From the NCBI RefSeq assembly GCF_036321535.1, contig NC_087436.1:10788001-10852000 (forward strand): a stretch of 64,000 nt of DNA, read 5' to 3'. Position numbers and translations under genes: made by a program. The DNA is from Camelus dromedarius (Eukaryota). This document shows, piece after piece, positions 50,686 through 62,759 of this stretch. Each line of letters begins with the position of its first letter. The first letter of the stretch is position 1. A model generated the notes under the pieces. It had not been told where the DNA came from. It did no database searches and worked only from the letters and a program-made list of their open reading frames with translations.

Positions 50686-51621
50686 ACGAGATAACATGGA
50701 CCATAGCATTTGCTATCTTGCCCAACTCAAATTGTTACTAAGGATCAAATGAGATGAATGAAATGGCATTGAAAACCCATAAATCACTATTAAAATAAAA
50801 CTAGCAGCTGTGGTTATTATCATTAATATTGTTATAATCAGAAACCAATGACATTTCCAACTAAGAACTGTAATAGCTATGACAGCCTTAAACCACTTAC
50901 TTAGGTCCATTCTTGAAACACGTAAGTGCTCACGTATTGCCTCTGAGATTCAAACCCACAGAGTTCTTGGGTCCATGTTATCAGTATTGTGTTATGTGGT
51001 ACCAGCTGGTATCATAACCCACCCAACCCTTTGACTTTCTGGTTAGTTCTTTTATATTTGCAAATTAAATATTTATTTTTATAGTTTAGAAAAGAAAAAG
51101 AGGATTGATGAACTTCTTCTAATGGCTGTCCATTTCAAGAGGAAATTTGCATATGAAAATGGCTTAGATATATAAACCAAGGGCTACTGTTCAAACAAAA
51201 TCTTGAGAATTTATTTTAGCCTTAAATATTTGTATTTGAGTCTAAAATAATAAAATGGACAAAAGAAACTTTTCAATAGAACAAGTCACTATCATAAAGA
51301 CATGATCAGTTCTTCTTCCTGTTAGCTGAGAAATAAAGGAGGTACGATACTAATTCAATTCAGCAATTTAAGAAATATTCATTCAGAGCCACATGTATGT
51401 TCAATATTGAATGAGCTGTAAGGTTTGGTGGGATGAAATGATGTGAATATTACAGTGCAATATTCATGAAAAATCAAGACAGACACAGATCTCTAACACA
51501 GAGGTCTATGCTGAGAGTTAGAGAAAATTTGAGAGACAGGAGATGTAGGAGAGTAATTTCCTGTTAAGAGTGACCACAAAAGATCATGAATGAGATCTGA
51601 GTAAGATATATTCTGGGTAAG

Positions 51622-52015
51622 ATGTCATTGCTGCTTCTAAACTATCTCCCAATGATCTCTATCTCCTGGTACTCATGCCCTTACGTAGTCCCTTCCTCCT
51701 GAGTGTGGCCTGGACCTGGTGACTTACTTTTATTGAGTAGAATATAACAAAAGTAATGAGATGTCACTTCCAAAATTAGGTTATAAAATATTGTGATTTC
51801 CCTTTCTCCCCCACTTCCTCCCTCTTGGTGACTCACTTGGATGAAGTCAGCTGCTCCCTTGTGAGCTGCCCAATGGAAAGGTCCACGTGGCAAGGAATAA
51901 GACTACCTCTGTCCAACAACTTGAGAGGAACTAAATCTAACCAAGCATCACAAGAGTGAACTTGGAAGAGGAACCATCAAACTTCAAGATGACAGCAGCA
52001 ATAGCTGTCACCTGA
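51622..52015 (+). mobile_element. MaLR LTR (MLT1E/F-like), 3' truncated
   Basis: CCCAATGATCTC..CTCCTGGTACTCATGCCCTT..GTAGTCCC...GAGTGTGGCCTGGACCTGGTGACTTACTT...GGTCCACGTGGCAAGGAA. Confidence 0.75.
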
Positions 52016-52316
52016 GTCACATGGGATATAGGAGGCGGGGGCAGGAGGGACAAAGCCAGGGTTCATGCAAAGCACAGAACTGGTTTTGAGATCCTCACAT
52101 AAGCACTCAGTGAAAGTGTGAAGTAGAAATAAAAAATAAACTCTGCAAGAGAGCCAGTAGGACGTTTTCCTGTGGTCTCAGCTATCTGTGGAAGGATAAA
52201 TGGTCCTGTGCATTTCTAACCAGAATTCAGTTCTCAAACAGGTTTCAGCCTGAACTCACACTACGTGTACCTTGCCCAAATCTGTAAGTTGAGACTTCAT
52301 CTCAAAGAGGTCTCAG

Positions 52317-52591
52317 CATAGTAAACAATCATGGTTATCAGGGAAAGGGCGTGGGAAGGGATGAATTTATCAGTTTGAGATTTGCACATCAGCCACTATA
52401 TATAAAAATAGATTTAAAAAAAAACAAGTTTCTTCTGTATAGCACAGGGAACTATATACAATATCTTATAATAAATTTTAATGAAAAACTATGAAAATGA
52501 ATATACATATGTATGTATATGCATGACTGGGACATTGTGCTGTACACCAGAAACTGACACATTGCAACTGACTATACTTCAATTAAAAAAA
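52317..52591 (+). mobile_element. Short young L1 3' tail with perfect 14-bp TSD
   Basis: TSD CAAAGAGGTCTCAG at 52303-52316 and 52592-52605. Confidence 0.95.
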
Positions 52592-52745
52592 CAAAGAGGT
52601 CTCAGGTTGGTAATCATCCAAGTGTCTGTTAGAAATAAATTCTCTCTGGATGAATGCCCACATTGAACCAGGTCTCCAAGAAACCTATATATAACATCTC
52701 AAAGACCATGATTCTCTAAGACAAAAATCATAAAATACATGTTAA

Positions 52746-53258
52746 TGTAACAGAGAACAAACCTGACTCCATATTAGATTGGTCCTTTAGCTCTAACCCT
52801 GTGCTCTGCTGTCTGTGCTCAGTCAGGCTGGTTCTGTGCCTTTTGTAAAAGAATGTTGTCTAGAGCCTGAAATATACAGGACAGCCCATTACCAAAGGTT
52901 TGACTTTTAAAGGTATAACACTTTTCCATTCATATAGAGATAAAATGTTGCCAAATGGAAAATAGCATCTATCTTGTTTGAGATTTATAGGAACTTTGTG
53001 ACCAGACTTACATGGACAGCTGCAAGAACAAAGGATTCCTGTACCAAGAAGTTTGCACCAACCAACCACACCCCCTCCCCTTTTAGAAAAAGAAGCCTGA
53101 ATGCTAACTTGGGGAAGATGGCTCTTTGGGACACTAGTCCACCATCTTCTTGGTCTGCTGGCTTTCCAAATAAAGTTGCTATTCCTTGCCCCAACAACTC
53201 ATCTTTCAATTTACTTGCTTGTCATGCTGCAAGGAGTATGAGCTTGGCCTCAGTAACA
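52746..53258 (+). mobile_element. Solo ERV1 LTR (MER41-like 5' end)
   Basis: TGTAACAGAGAACAAACCTGACTCCATATTAG...AATAAAGTTGCTATTCCTTGCCCCAAC...CAGTAACA, TSD TTAA (52742-52745 / 53259-53262). Confidence 0.88.
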
Positions 53259-53424
53259 TTAATACAAGGCAGTAAGAGTTAGCAGAAACATGAGCAGTGG
53301 ACTCAAACCTGAAAAGACTGCAAATGTCTGTATTATTGGATATAGATTATAAAATAATATGTTCATGTGGTTGAAATTTTTTAAAAAAGGAATCAAAATT
53401 ATGAGTAAAGGACAAGAAAACCAT

Positions 53425-53897
53425 GTTGAACAGTCACTGCACCATCTCTGCTCTTGTTTAATTCTGGGAACTGTGTTGACCAAAGTCTCCTTCCATGTAC
53501 ATCCTTGCAGATTTGAGTTTGCTAATGAAGACTCTCATGAAAGTTGGGAGGGAAAGTGAAGAGGAGGAATTCATATTCAGGATGTTTGGGATTAGCCATG
53601 GCAGGCTGGGTGGATGTGATGGCTTGCAGACCACTTCATGAGCCCCCACTGTCAGTCTAGCTAGGATTTACAGATGCTAGAAATTCCATAAGCTCTGGAT
53701 TTTGGACCCACTCTCTGGTCTTTTAGACTGAAATCTCTGATATAAAACAGAGCTACTCTAATCTTCTCTAGCTGCTTTCCTGATGTCTTCACTGCCTCCC
53801 AGCTCTTCCAATAGTATCAGCCCCTAATTAATATGAAGCCATTATTACTGGAATATGTAGCATGGTTTCTGTTTTCCTGATCAAACTCTGAGTACTA
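53425..53897 (+). mobile_element. Old ERVL LTR (LTR33-like)
   Basis: Ends GCATGGTTTCTGTTTTCCTGATCAAACTCTGA, typical of an ERVL LTR U5. Confidence 0.45.
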
Positions 53898-54014
53898 TTA
53901 GAATACAAAAAAAAATTGCCCAGAAAGATATGAGAAAGAACTACAGAAACCTTTTTTCACATTTTAAAAATTATTTTTTATATTTGAATATGTATTTTTG
54001 GATCATGAATTCAG

Positions 54015-54138
54015 TTTATTGAAGTATAGTCATCTTACAGTATTTTGTCAATTTCTGGTGCACAGCATCATGTCTCAGTCATACATACACATATGTACAT
54101 TCCTTCTCAGATTCTTTTTCATTATAGGTTACTATAAT
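54015..54138 (-). mobile_element. Short L1 3' tail
   Basis: TTTATTGAAGTATAGTCATCTTACAGT..TGTCAATTTCTGGTGCACAGCAT..ATTCTTTTTCATTATAGGTTACTA. Confidence 0.88.
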
Positions 54139-54800
54139 ACACAAACTTTTAAAAATGAAAATAATAGAACTGTTTGAACTAGAATGATTATATAGTGGAG
54201 GTGATGTGAAGTGGGTTAATTCTGAATGTTATTTGATGAAACAGGCAGTAGAAACCTCAGTAACTTGCTAGAAAGATTTGCCATTTATTTGAAGAAAAGG
54301 TTGGTGGTGATAGTGCAGGGAAGGTTAGAATTTCTCTCAAGTTTGCAAAGTCTTTAATAATGTCCAAGCTTTCTTATTCATTACCATTTTCTAATGACTT
54401 GGGGGTTTTATTTCTTGAAAGGGATATGCCTTTTATTTTCTTTTCTGGTACTATTTTTATCTAACTTTAATGGGCAGATTATACTACTATCATAAAATTA
54501 GTGGAGAGTGTGCCCCATTATCTGGCCTCTGGAAGAATTTCTATGAGGGTAAAATTAACTACTCTTTACAGGCTAGAACTCTTCAGTGCAATTGTCTGAG
54601 CTGTTTCGGTTTTAGTTTTTCTTTTTTAGTTGGAGATGGGGAGTTTTAACCTACTGATTCAAGATAAGAAGGTAAGATTCAGATTTTCTATTTCTCCGTA
54701 CTTCAGTTTGGGCCTGTTATTTTTATTTTATTTATTTATTTTTTATTTTTTTGGTGATCTGGTCTTCTCATGATTTTATTTCATTTTATTTTATTTTTTT

Positions 54801-55425
54801 GCAGTAGCTTCCTAAATGGTCCCTCTGCTTCTGCTCTGAATCACTACAACTGATTCTTAATACACAGCTAGAGTGTTCAATGAAAACATGTAACAGATTG
54901 TGCCACTTCTCTTGCCCCCAAATCTCTCATGGTTTCTCACAGTATTTATAGTAAAAGTAAAATCCTTTCATTGGCCTGAGAAACGACCCCTAACTGGTAT
55001 CCAACTATTGTCTGACCTAATCTTCTAATCTCTCTGTTGGCTGATTCTGCCACTGTCATTCTGGCCTCCTTGCTGTTCAAGAAAAACTGCAAGATGCTCC
55101 TACTTCAGGGTGTTTGCCTTTATAACTGCTTCTGCCTGGAAGATATCTCTCCCAGATAAACATAGTAGTTGATTTCTCATGTCCTTCAAATCTATTCTCA
55201 GACGTCTGTTCTCTGAGAAGCCTTCCTGACCATCCTATTTTAAATTACAGTCTTACACTTCCAATATCTCTCCTGCTTTAGTATTTTCCATTTTACTTAT
55301 CATCCTTCATGAACTATAAATATACATGTCTATTTGTTTATTGTCTGTCTGCAAATTCTGGAATGTAACTTCCATAGTGACACGTCTTTCTGCCTGTTTG
55401 GTTCTCTAGTCTATTCCGAAAGTAT
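54801..55425 (+). mobile_element. L2a-like LINE 3' region
   Basis: GCAGTAGCTTCCTAAATGGTC..CTGCTTC...CTGGCCTCCTTGCTGTTC...TCTGCCTGGAA...GAGAAGCCTTCCTGACCATCCTATTTTAAATTACA...TTTGTTTATTGTCTGTCT. Confidence 0.85.
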
Positions 55426-55444
55426 CTATAACATAATAGACATA

Positions 55445-55905
55445 ATAAATATCATGTTGCATTTATCCCAGAAATTTAAGGTTTTTCCAATAGTTATAAA
55501 AATCCATAAATGTAATTCATTACATCAATTAACTAAAGGGGCCAATCATATAACTACCACAATAAAACCAGAAAAGGCAGAAAAAGCATTTGATACAATT
55601 GAAGACTCACCAATTTTTTAAAAAAAAATCTTATCAAACAAGGAAAAAAGACAGGATATACCATATTTGTGTATATAACACTAAAAGTGATAGCAATATC
55701 AAGTTTTCCAAAATTTACCCCAAATTAAATTCCTATCAAAATCTTACTAGAATTCTTCTTAAAACTCAACAAAATGATTTTAAAATGTATATGAAAGACA
55801 AAAGAACCAAATAGTCAAATTACTTCTAAAGAGATAAAAGCAGTAGTAAAAACTTTAAAAACAAGTTTTGAGACCTATGTTAAAGCTGCAGTATTAAATC
55901 CATGA
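55445..55905 (+). mobile_element. Old L1 ORF2 relics
   Basis: GGCAGAAAAAGCATTTGATACAATT (AEKAFD, RT motif), CAAAAGAACCAAATAGTCAAA, TAAAGCTGCAGTATT. Confidence 0.65.
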
Positions 55906-56116
55906 ATTTCACTGAGCCAGCACAGGCCAGGGCTTCTCCTGGGGATGGTGGAAACTGCTGCCTCGGTGGAGGTGGGTGGGAGCTGGTCTGGCTAGAGGCG
56001 GGGCCCAGCGGGAGCTGAGGCCTCTTGCACTGCACGCTTGGGGCCACTGCCTTGGTGGTGGGGTTGGAGCCAGAGCTCTAGCGTAGATAAGATTCACGCA
56101 CTGTTTCATCAAATAC

Positions 56117-57475
56117 ATTTTCTTATCTTCTCTCTCTTCTTCTGGGGCCTCTATAAGGCAAATGTTAGTACCCTTGATCTTATCCCAGAAGTCTCTTAAA
56201 CTAGCCTCATTTTTTTTGTTTTTTGCTGTTCTGATGGAGTGATTTTCCCTTCCACATCATTTATGCATTCTTCTGTATCACCTAATCTGCTATTGATTTC
56301 TTCTAGTGTATTTTTCATTTCAGTTATTGCATTATCCTGCTTTAAATTGGTTCTTTTTTTTTTTTTTTAATATTTTCTAATTCTTTGTTGAGGTCCTCAC
56401 TGTGTTCCCCTATTCCTTTCCCTGGTTTACTAAGCATTTTTATGATCATTGCTTCGAACTCTTTATTAGGTAAATTACTAATCTCCATTTCCTTAAGTTT
56501 CTCTGTTTGTTTCTGAGGTTTTATTTTGTTCTTTTGTTTGGAACATATTTGGTGGCTGTCTTCTCATTTTGTTTGACTATCTCTTTTTCTGTCTCTATGA
56601 AATTATGTAAAACAGTTACCTAGCCCATTCTTGAAAGCGTGTCCTTATATAGGAGTGTCTCTATGCAGTCTGTATGTACCCACTGGCTTTGGTGGGAGAG
56701 CTGGATCTGAAGTGAATGCAGGCTGGCTTTTTCTGGGACGTGCTGGTCCACTACCTCGGTGAGGGTGAGCTGGAACAGGTAATGGCGGATGGAGCTGGAG
56801 CCTGACACAGGTCTGTGCTTCTCCCAGGGCACACTGGCAGCTACCACCTTCGCAGGGAGTGGAGCTGGAGTTGCAGAAGCTACGGCTGTTCCTGGGGCTC
56901 GTCAGAGCTGCCACCTTAGCAGGGGGTGGGAGGATTGGAGCTGAGCCCTGTGCAGGCTAAGAGACGTTCTGGGATGGTCTTGGCAGCCCAGCTAGAGCAC
57001 CAGGCACTTTTCATTCTGCTGCCTCTGTATTGAGACTGAGAGTGAGTAAGTTTCTGCAACATGTCCTTTAAAAGCAGAGCCTCAATTTCCTACAGCCCCA
57101 GGCTCTCTCAGTTATAAGCCTTGCTGGTCTTCAAAACCAGTGAAAGAGGCTCATCTTCCTGGGGCTGGCCCCCAGGGCTGGGGTGTCCAATGTGGGACTC
57201 AAACTACTCACTCCTTAAGGAGGACTTCTGAGTTTCTGACATTCCCTTCTGCTTCTGGGTTGCCCGCCAGGGGTGTGGGTACTGACTACTTCACTTCTCT
57301 TCCCCTCTCACTCATCTGGGTGTGGCTTTTGTTTTATATCCTTAACTATACATGATCCATTCTGCTAGATTTCAGTTTGTTCTCAGAAAGAGTTGTTCCA
57401 TATGTAGTTGGTATTTTGGCATGTTCGTGGGAAGAGGCAAGCCCAGGGTCTTCCTACTCTGCCATCTTGATCCCA
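56117..57475 (-). mobile_element. L1 5'UTR and start of ORF1 (old L1M-type)
   Basis: Terminus CTTCCTACTCTGCCATCTTG (reverse CAAGATGGCAGAGTAGGAAG), GC-rich 5'UTR, then T-rich antisense ORF1 coiled-coil region. Confidence 0.8.
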
Positions 57476-59599
57476 CCTCAAGTTACTGTTTTTCTAGAAT
57501 TCCTATTACAGAACAACTAGAAAGTGGTGAACCATCTATGCTGAGACATACAATTCATCTGTTCAGCTAAAAGAGAGAATATGGCCTCCTAAGAAAATTA
57601 ACTTCCAACATGTACAAAACCTTAGCAAATATTCCAGTTATTGATCATAAACAGAGCTGTTATTATAACTTAACTACAGTAGAATAATCTCAGTGAGACA
57701 GATATATATGTTTCACTAGTCACAGGAACTGAAATTTAATGAAACTCCGTTGGTGGTATTTTCAATCACACAATTTCTGAAGATGTTCCAACTTATTCAT
57801 AGAAGCGAGCCAAATCCCTAACACCATGATAAGAAGAGGAAAACAGGCAAATTAGATCTAGTCCAAAGGTTTTTTTTTTTTAAAGTAATAAACAAATAAA
57901 AATGTTCTTAAAAGAGGAATAGAGAAATCAATACTCAGCTCAAACTGCCAGAATTACAGGTAATTTACCAAAGGCCACCAACCCTCCAAAGTCAGTTCTT
58001 TTAACATGAGGCTTTGCAGTGAAGAAGAAAATGACTTAGGCAATAAATCACAAAACTAGATTTATCTAGTCTAAAACTAACTAGATGGTGAATTATTTTC
58101 TGCTGAAACAAACAAGCCTTATTTACTCAGGTTCCACTCTATCCAGAGCTTTTCCTCATTGGTTTAGCAAGTGGGTAAAAAAATCATAATTCTTGATTTG
58201 GCAGTTTAACCATCCTTTCAGCTCGTGATGCTGACTCACAGGGTCTTATCTGTATTTCAAAGTTTGCTTAGAGCAAGTAGGTTCAATATCTACATCGAAT
58301 ATTGCCTAAGCCTGCAACATTTCCTTGAATGATTAACAAGGGGCTATTTGATTCTTCAGTGAATCCTGGATAGTTTATTTCTCTTAATAAGGAATCAGCC
58401 AGGGGGAAAAAATGATTAAAAGGTAAATCAATTTGAAAGTTATATTAGATGTGAGAAGACCATTCTCAAATCCCCTCTCATTCATGGTTATTTGTGCAAG
58501 TAAAGAATGGTGGTGCTGATTAGGTTTGAAATGTCATCATTGGGCCAGGATTTGTTAACACTCCACATGACATGCAGCATATGCTTCAGAATCCATTTTT
58601 AAAAGCAGATACTATTCTGAAAGTTGTAAAAATATGATAAAAGATGAGACTTATTGGTCCTTAATGGAAATACTGTAACTGCATGTCAACAAAGAGTTCC
58701 AAGAGAAGACATGGAAAGTAATGAAAGACAGGTCACTAATCATGTCAAATATTTTAAATGATAAAACAGGAATTGGGAAGGAATGTTCTGGAACTGTGTT
58801 CCTTTCCTGCTGCTGTTCTACTGTGGCTGCAGACTCCCACAACCAGCTGTTCGCCTCCTCGGTGGTAGAGAGAGAGCTAATTGATGGGATAAATCTAGAG
58901 TCTGGAAGAGGTAAGGGTCACTACAGATGTTTTTTATTCTACTCTGATATTAGAATAGCCCTTGGGAGACAAAAAGGTTAAAAACCCCTCTGGATAAGTG
59001 TTAACTATTAATGATGATTGTACTAAACAATGTTTGGATAATTTTTCCTTGTCCCTTGATACAAAGTTGATAAATAACACAGAAGTGAGAAAGAGATTAA
59101 TGGTTTATTAAGATCCACTCAAGGACTTAATATTGGTGGCTTCAATTTAGCTCTGTATACACTGTCATGCATTGTAAAAGCATGTAATACGGAGATTTCA
59201 TTTATCTTTGGTGAAGAAAGATTGAGGCAGTAAATCATTAAGTCAAATACTCAACCAAGAGAAAGATAAAGGCATTTTTCCCTTTTCCTTAAAAAGTAAC
59301 ATCATTAGTTAAATAGAGATTAGTTGATACTGGAAACATACATTTAAGTGATAAGAATAAATGAATTGATTACTGTGATGATTTTGTGATGATTACTGGA
59401 GAGACATTGCCTTTAGACTCCTGCTTCCACAAAAGCCTACAATATTTGCTAGGTTCGAGTTACCCATTACACTATTATGAATGTTTCCTCCTTTCATTTG
59501 TATATTCAACATCTCCAACTTAATTGAATCTCATCAACTTACATAATAAATGTAATACACTCTTTCCCATTAAAAACAAACAAAAACTTCTTCAATTCA

Positions 59600-60395
59600 A
59601 TAGTGTCTTTCAGATACTATGTTATTTTCTTCTTCTTTACTTATTTTTGAAAAAATTCCAAACTGTAGCTATTTTCACACTTTCCATTTCTTGTTTGTTT
59701 GATTCTAATGGATTTGGCTTCCATTACTCCATCCAAACAGGATTTAGTAACCCTGAAGTCACTAAACCCAAAATACGCTGAGGTTCTTATCCTTCCCTGT
59801 CAGCAGCATTGAATGATGCAACCACCACCTTCCTTCTTCCCTGACTTCACACAACACACTGGTGGCTTTTTACTCCCATCTTCAGAGCCACTCCAGCTTT
59901 CTCCATCCAGTCATAAAAGTCTTGTGGTGATCTGTCTCCCTCCTCACTCTGTATTATCTCTGTAGCCTATTCTCTTCACGTCCATTGCTTAAATTAGTGT
60001 ACATGACATGTGCACACACACACATATATGTGCATGCATGGATGTACACACTAAAAACGCACATGTATTTGGAGAGAGAGAACAAATAGGCAGGAGGGAC
60101 AGAGTCCATCTGAGCTGCAGAGTCCAGGGTCAGGACAGCTGCAAAGGCTCTGTCTGGCCAACGTGTATTCCCAGAGTTGCTGTATCATTCATTCCCTTAT
60201 CTGAATCTCATTCTCTTCAGATTCTTGCTTAACTGTCACTTCCTCTGTGAGGATTTCTCTGTCCTACTAAACACTGCATTGCATTGTAAGATGTATGAGG
60301 ACAATTGCCTTTTTGTCTGTTTTAGCCCCTGCTGTATCCCCTGTGCTTAAAGTCTGACAAACAGTAGCTACTCCATGAATACTAGTTAAGTGAAG
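59600..60395 (+). mobile_element. L2 relics
   Basis: GGCTTCCATTACTCCATCCAAACAG, CTGTCAGCAGCATTGA..ACCAC..CTTCCTTCTT, CTGCTGTATCCCCTGTGCTTA..ACAGTAG..CTCCATGAATA. Confidence 0.55.
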
Positions 60396-60646
60396 AGATC
60401 AATTTAAATCCCATCATATCACCCCTGTAAAGCACTTCTTTGGCCTCACATTGCACTGACTTAATACAATGCCCTGTAGAACGCAGGAGGCTTCTCTCTT
60501 TCAGGCCTCTTTTTAATGCCCTTTCTACTGGCTTTCAGTATCCAGGCCACATTAGATCTTTCCTCAGTTCTTTATATAGACCTTGTTTCCTCCCACTGCA
60601 GGGCCCTGCAGAAGCTCCTCTTCCAGCCAAGAAGGATCTTCTCTCC

Positions 60647-61340
60647 TTAAAAAACTAAAAATAGAGTTATTGAATGATCCAGCAATCCCACTCCTGGGCA
60701 GGTATCTGGAGAAAACTCTAATTTGAAAAGATACATGCACCCCAGTGTTCACAGCAGCACTATTTACAATAGCCAAGACATGGAAACAGCCTAAATGTCC
60801 AGCAACAAATGACTAGATAAAGATATGGTATATATGCAATGGAATACTACTCAGGGATAAAAAAGAATGAAATAATACTACTCAGGGATAAAAAAGAATG
60901 AAATAATGCCATTTGTAGCAACAAGGATGGACCTAGAGATGATCATTCTAAGTGAAATAAGTCAAGCAGAGAAAGACAAATATCATATGATATCACTTAT
61001 ATGTAGAATTGAAAAAATGGCACAAATGAACTTATTTACAAAACAGAAAGAGACTCACAGACATAGAGAACAAACTAATGGTTACCAGAGGGGTAAATGG
61101 GAGGAGGGATAAATTAAGAGTTTGGGATTTGCAGATACTAAGTACTGTATGTCAAATAGATAAACAACAAGGTCCTACTATTTAACACAGGGAACTATAT
61201 TCAATATCTTGTAAAACCTACAATGATAAAGAATCTGAAAAATATATATATATATATGTATAACTGAATCAGTATGCTGTACACCTGAGAATAACACAAC
61301 ACTGTAAATCAACTATACTTCAATTAAAAATAAAAATAAA
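60647..61340 (+). mobile_element. 5'-truncated LINE-1 3' end inserted in an L2 relic (~60400-60646 and 61454-61760)
   Basis: ORF2 end (MPFVATRMDLEMIILSEISQAEKDKYHMISLIC), 3'UTR and A-tail. Outer TSD GATCTTCTCTCC (60635-60646 / 61442-61453). Confidence 0.95.
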
Positions 61341-61343
61341 TAA

Positions 61344-61420
61344 TACTGCACAATCCAATAGAAATATAATGCAAGCCAAATATATTATTTTAAATATCCT
61401 AGCCACATTAAAAAAGTAAG
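61344..61420 (+). mobile_element. MER33-like (hAT-Charlie) terminal fragment lying inside the L1 TSDs
   Basis: TCCAATAGAAATATAATGCAAGCCAAATAT..ATTTTAAAT..TAGCCACATTAAAAAAGTAA matches my recollection of the MER33 5' end. Confidence 0.75.
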
Positions 61421-62759
61421 AAGGAAAGAACAAAAGAAAACGATCTTCTCTCCACTTTGCCTAGTGAATCCCCACTCAACTTTCGATCTCAGCAGAAGAT
61501 CCATTCTCTTTGCAACGCCCTGGCATCCCGCTCATCTGTCGTGTGCGCACTTATCAGCATGTGCTGCACACTGTGTGCACCTCAACTGCACTTTCACGTT
61601 GTGGCAATTTATACTTCCTACATTGGACTGTAAGTCTCCTGAAAGCAGGGACTCCATTTTTGCTCACCACTGATTTGTCCAATGTTGAGTGCAGGAGTTA
61701 GAACTTAGAACTGCACTTGAATACACTTAGGTGTACTGCATAAGGAGTGATGGAATGAATACAGGAAAAAGGAATTGATGTATCTTCAAATTAGGACAGC
61801 AGGACTCGTATACAGAAAACTGGCCAAATTATTGTAATGCTTTCACGTTACTTCCCAACTAAGGGGAATCATTATTACAAGGAAGGCTTCAAATTAATGA
61901 GTAAGAGAATTTTTTAAAATGCAAAACAGAAAACTAAGCAACAAATTAGGAGAAAAGATTTTTAAAGCTTTCTCCTAAGCCACTAAATTAACCTAATAAA
62001 GTTACAATTTGATTTATCAATCACAAAATTATATTATGTATCAGGTATATGGTATTAATCAAATGCTAAAATAATTCCTGAATTAAATGGTATAACATTA
62101 ACTTACGCTAGCTAAAGTTGACCTTGAAAAATCTTTTGAAGATTGTTCAGTGTGATTGGAAATTACACATGAACATGTTTTCCTAAGGATCTATCTATCA
62201 GCAATGCTTCAGTGTATGTTTTTGAAATAAAACGTATCTGAGTAGTAGCAGATAAAGTTATTCTGGATCCCTATTTTGTTAGCCAGAGCTTCTGAAATCC
62301 TAACATGTATGACAAAACCCAACATGGATTAATTCCTTTGGGGAGTCAATCCTTTAAACTAAAGAAATGTGGAGGGAGGTGAGGAGCGAAAACAAAATAA
62401 TTGCTTGACTCTACATACACACTTAGAGTAATTTCTTATTCACATCATCTAATAGCTGTGTTCCCACCTGCTTCTCAGGGTCTAGACTAAGCAATAAGTT
62501 AGGAAGAGTAAAAATAAATCCAAGATAAACCATACACAGATTTATCAAAATCTGCACATACTTTTGTATATATACACAGCTAGTAGTATACTAGTTAGAT
62601 CCACTCACAGTTTTTGTCACTATCGGTCAGTTTTCTATGTCAACCTGAAAATTTACATATGTTTTTACATGGTTAACTAAAATCTGTATACAACTTAAAA
62701 TGTTATTTATATAATCTCTTAGATTAGGGAAAAGAAGCCAAAAGTTAGAATATATAAAA

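Noticed and set aside
58055..58070. Small palindrome ACTAGAT-TT-ATCTAGT
   Set aside because: A 7-bp AT-rich stem is expected by chance.
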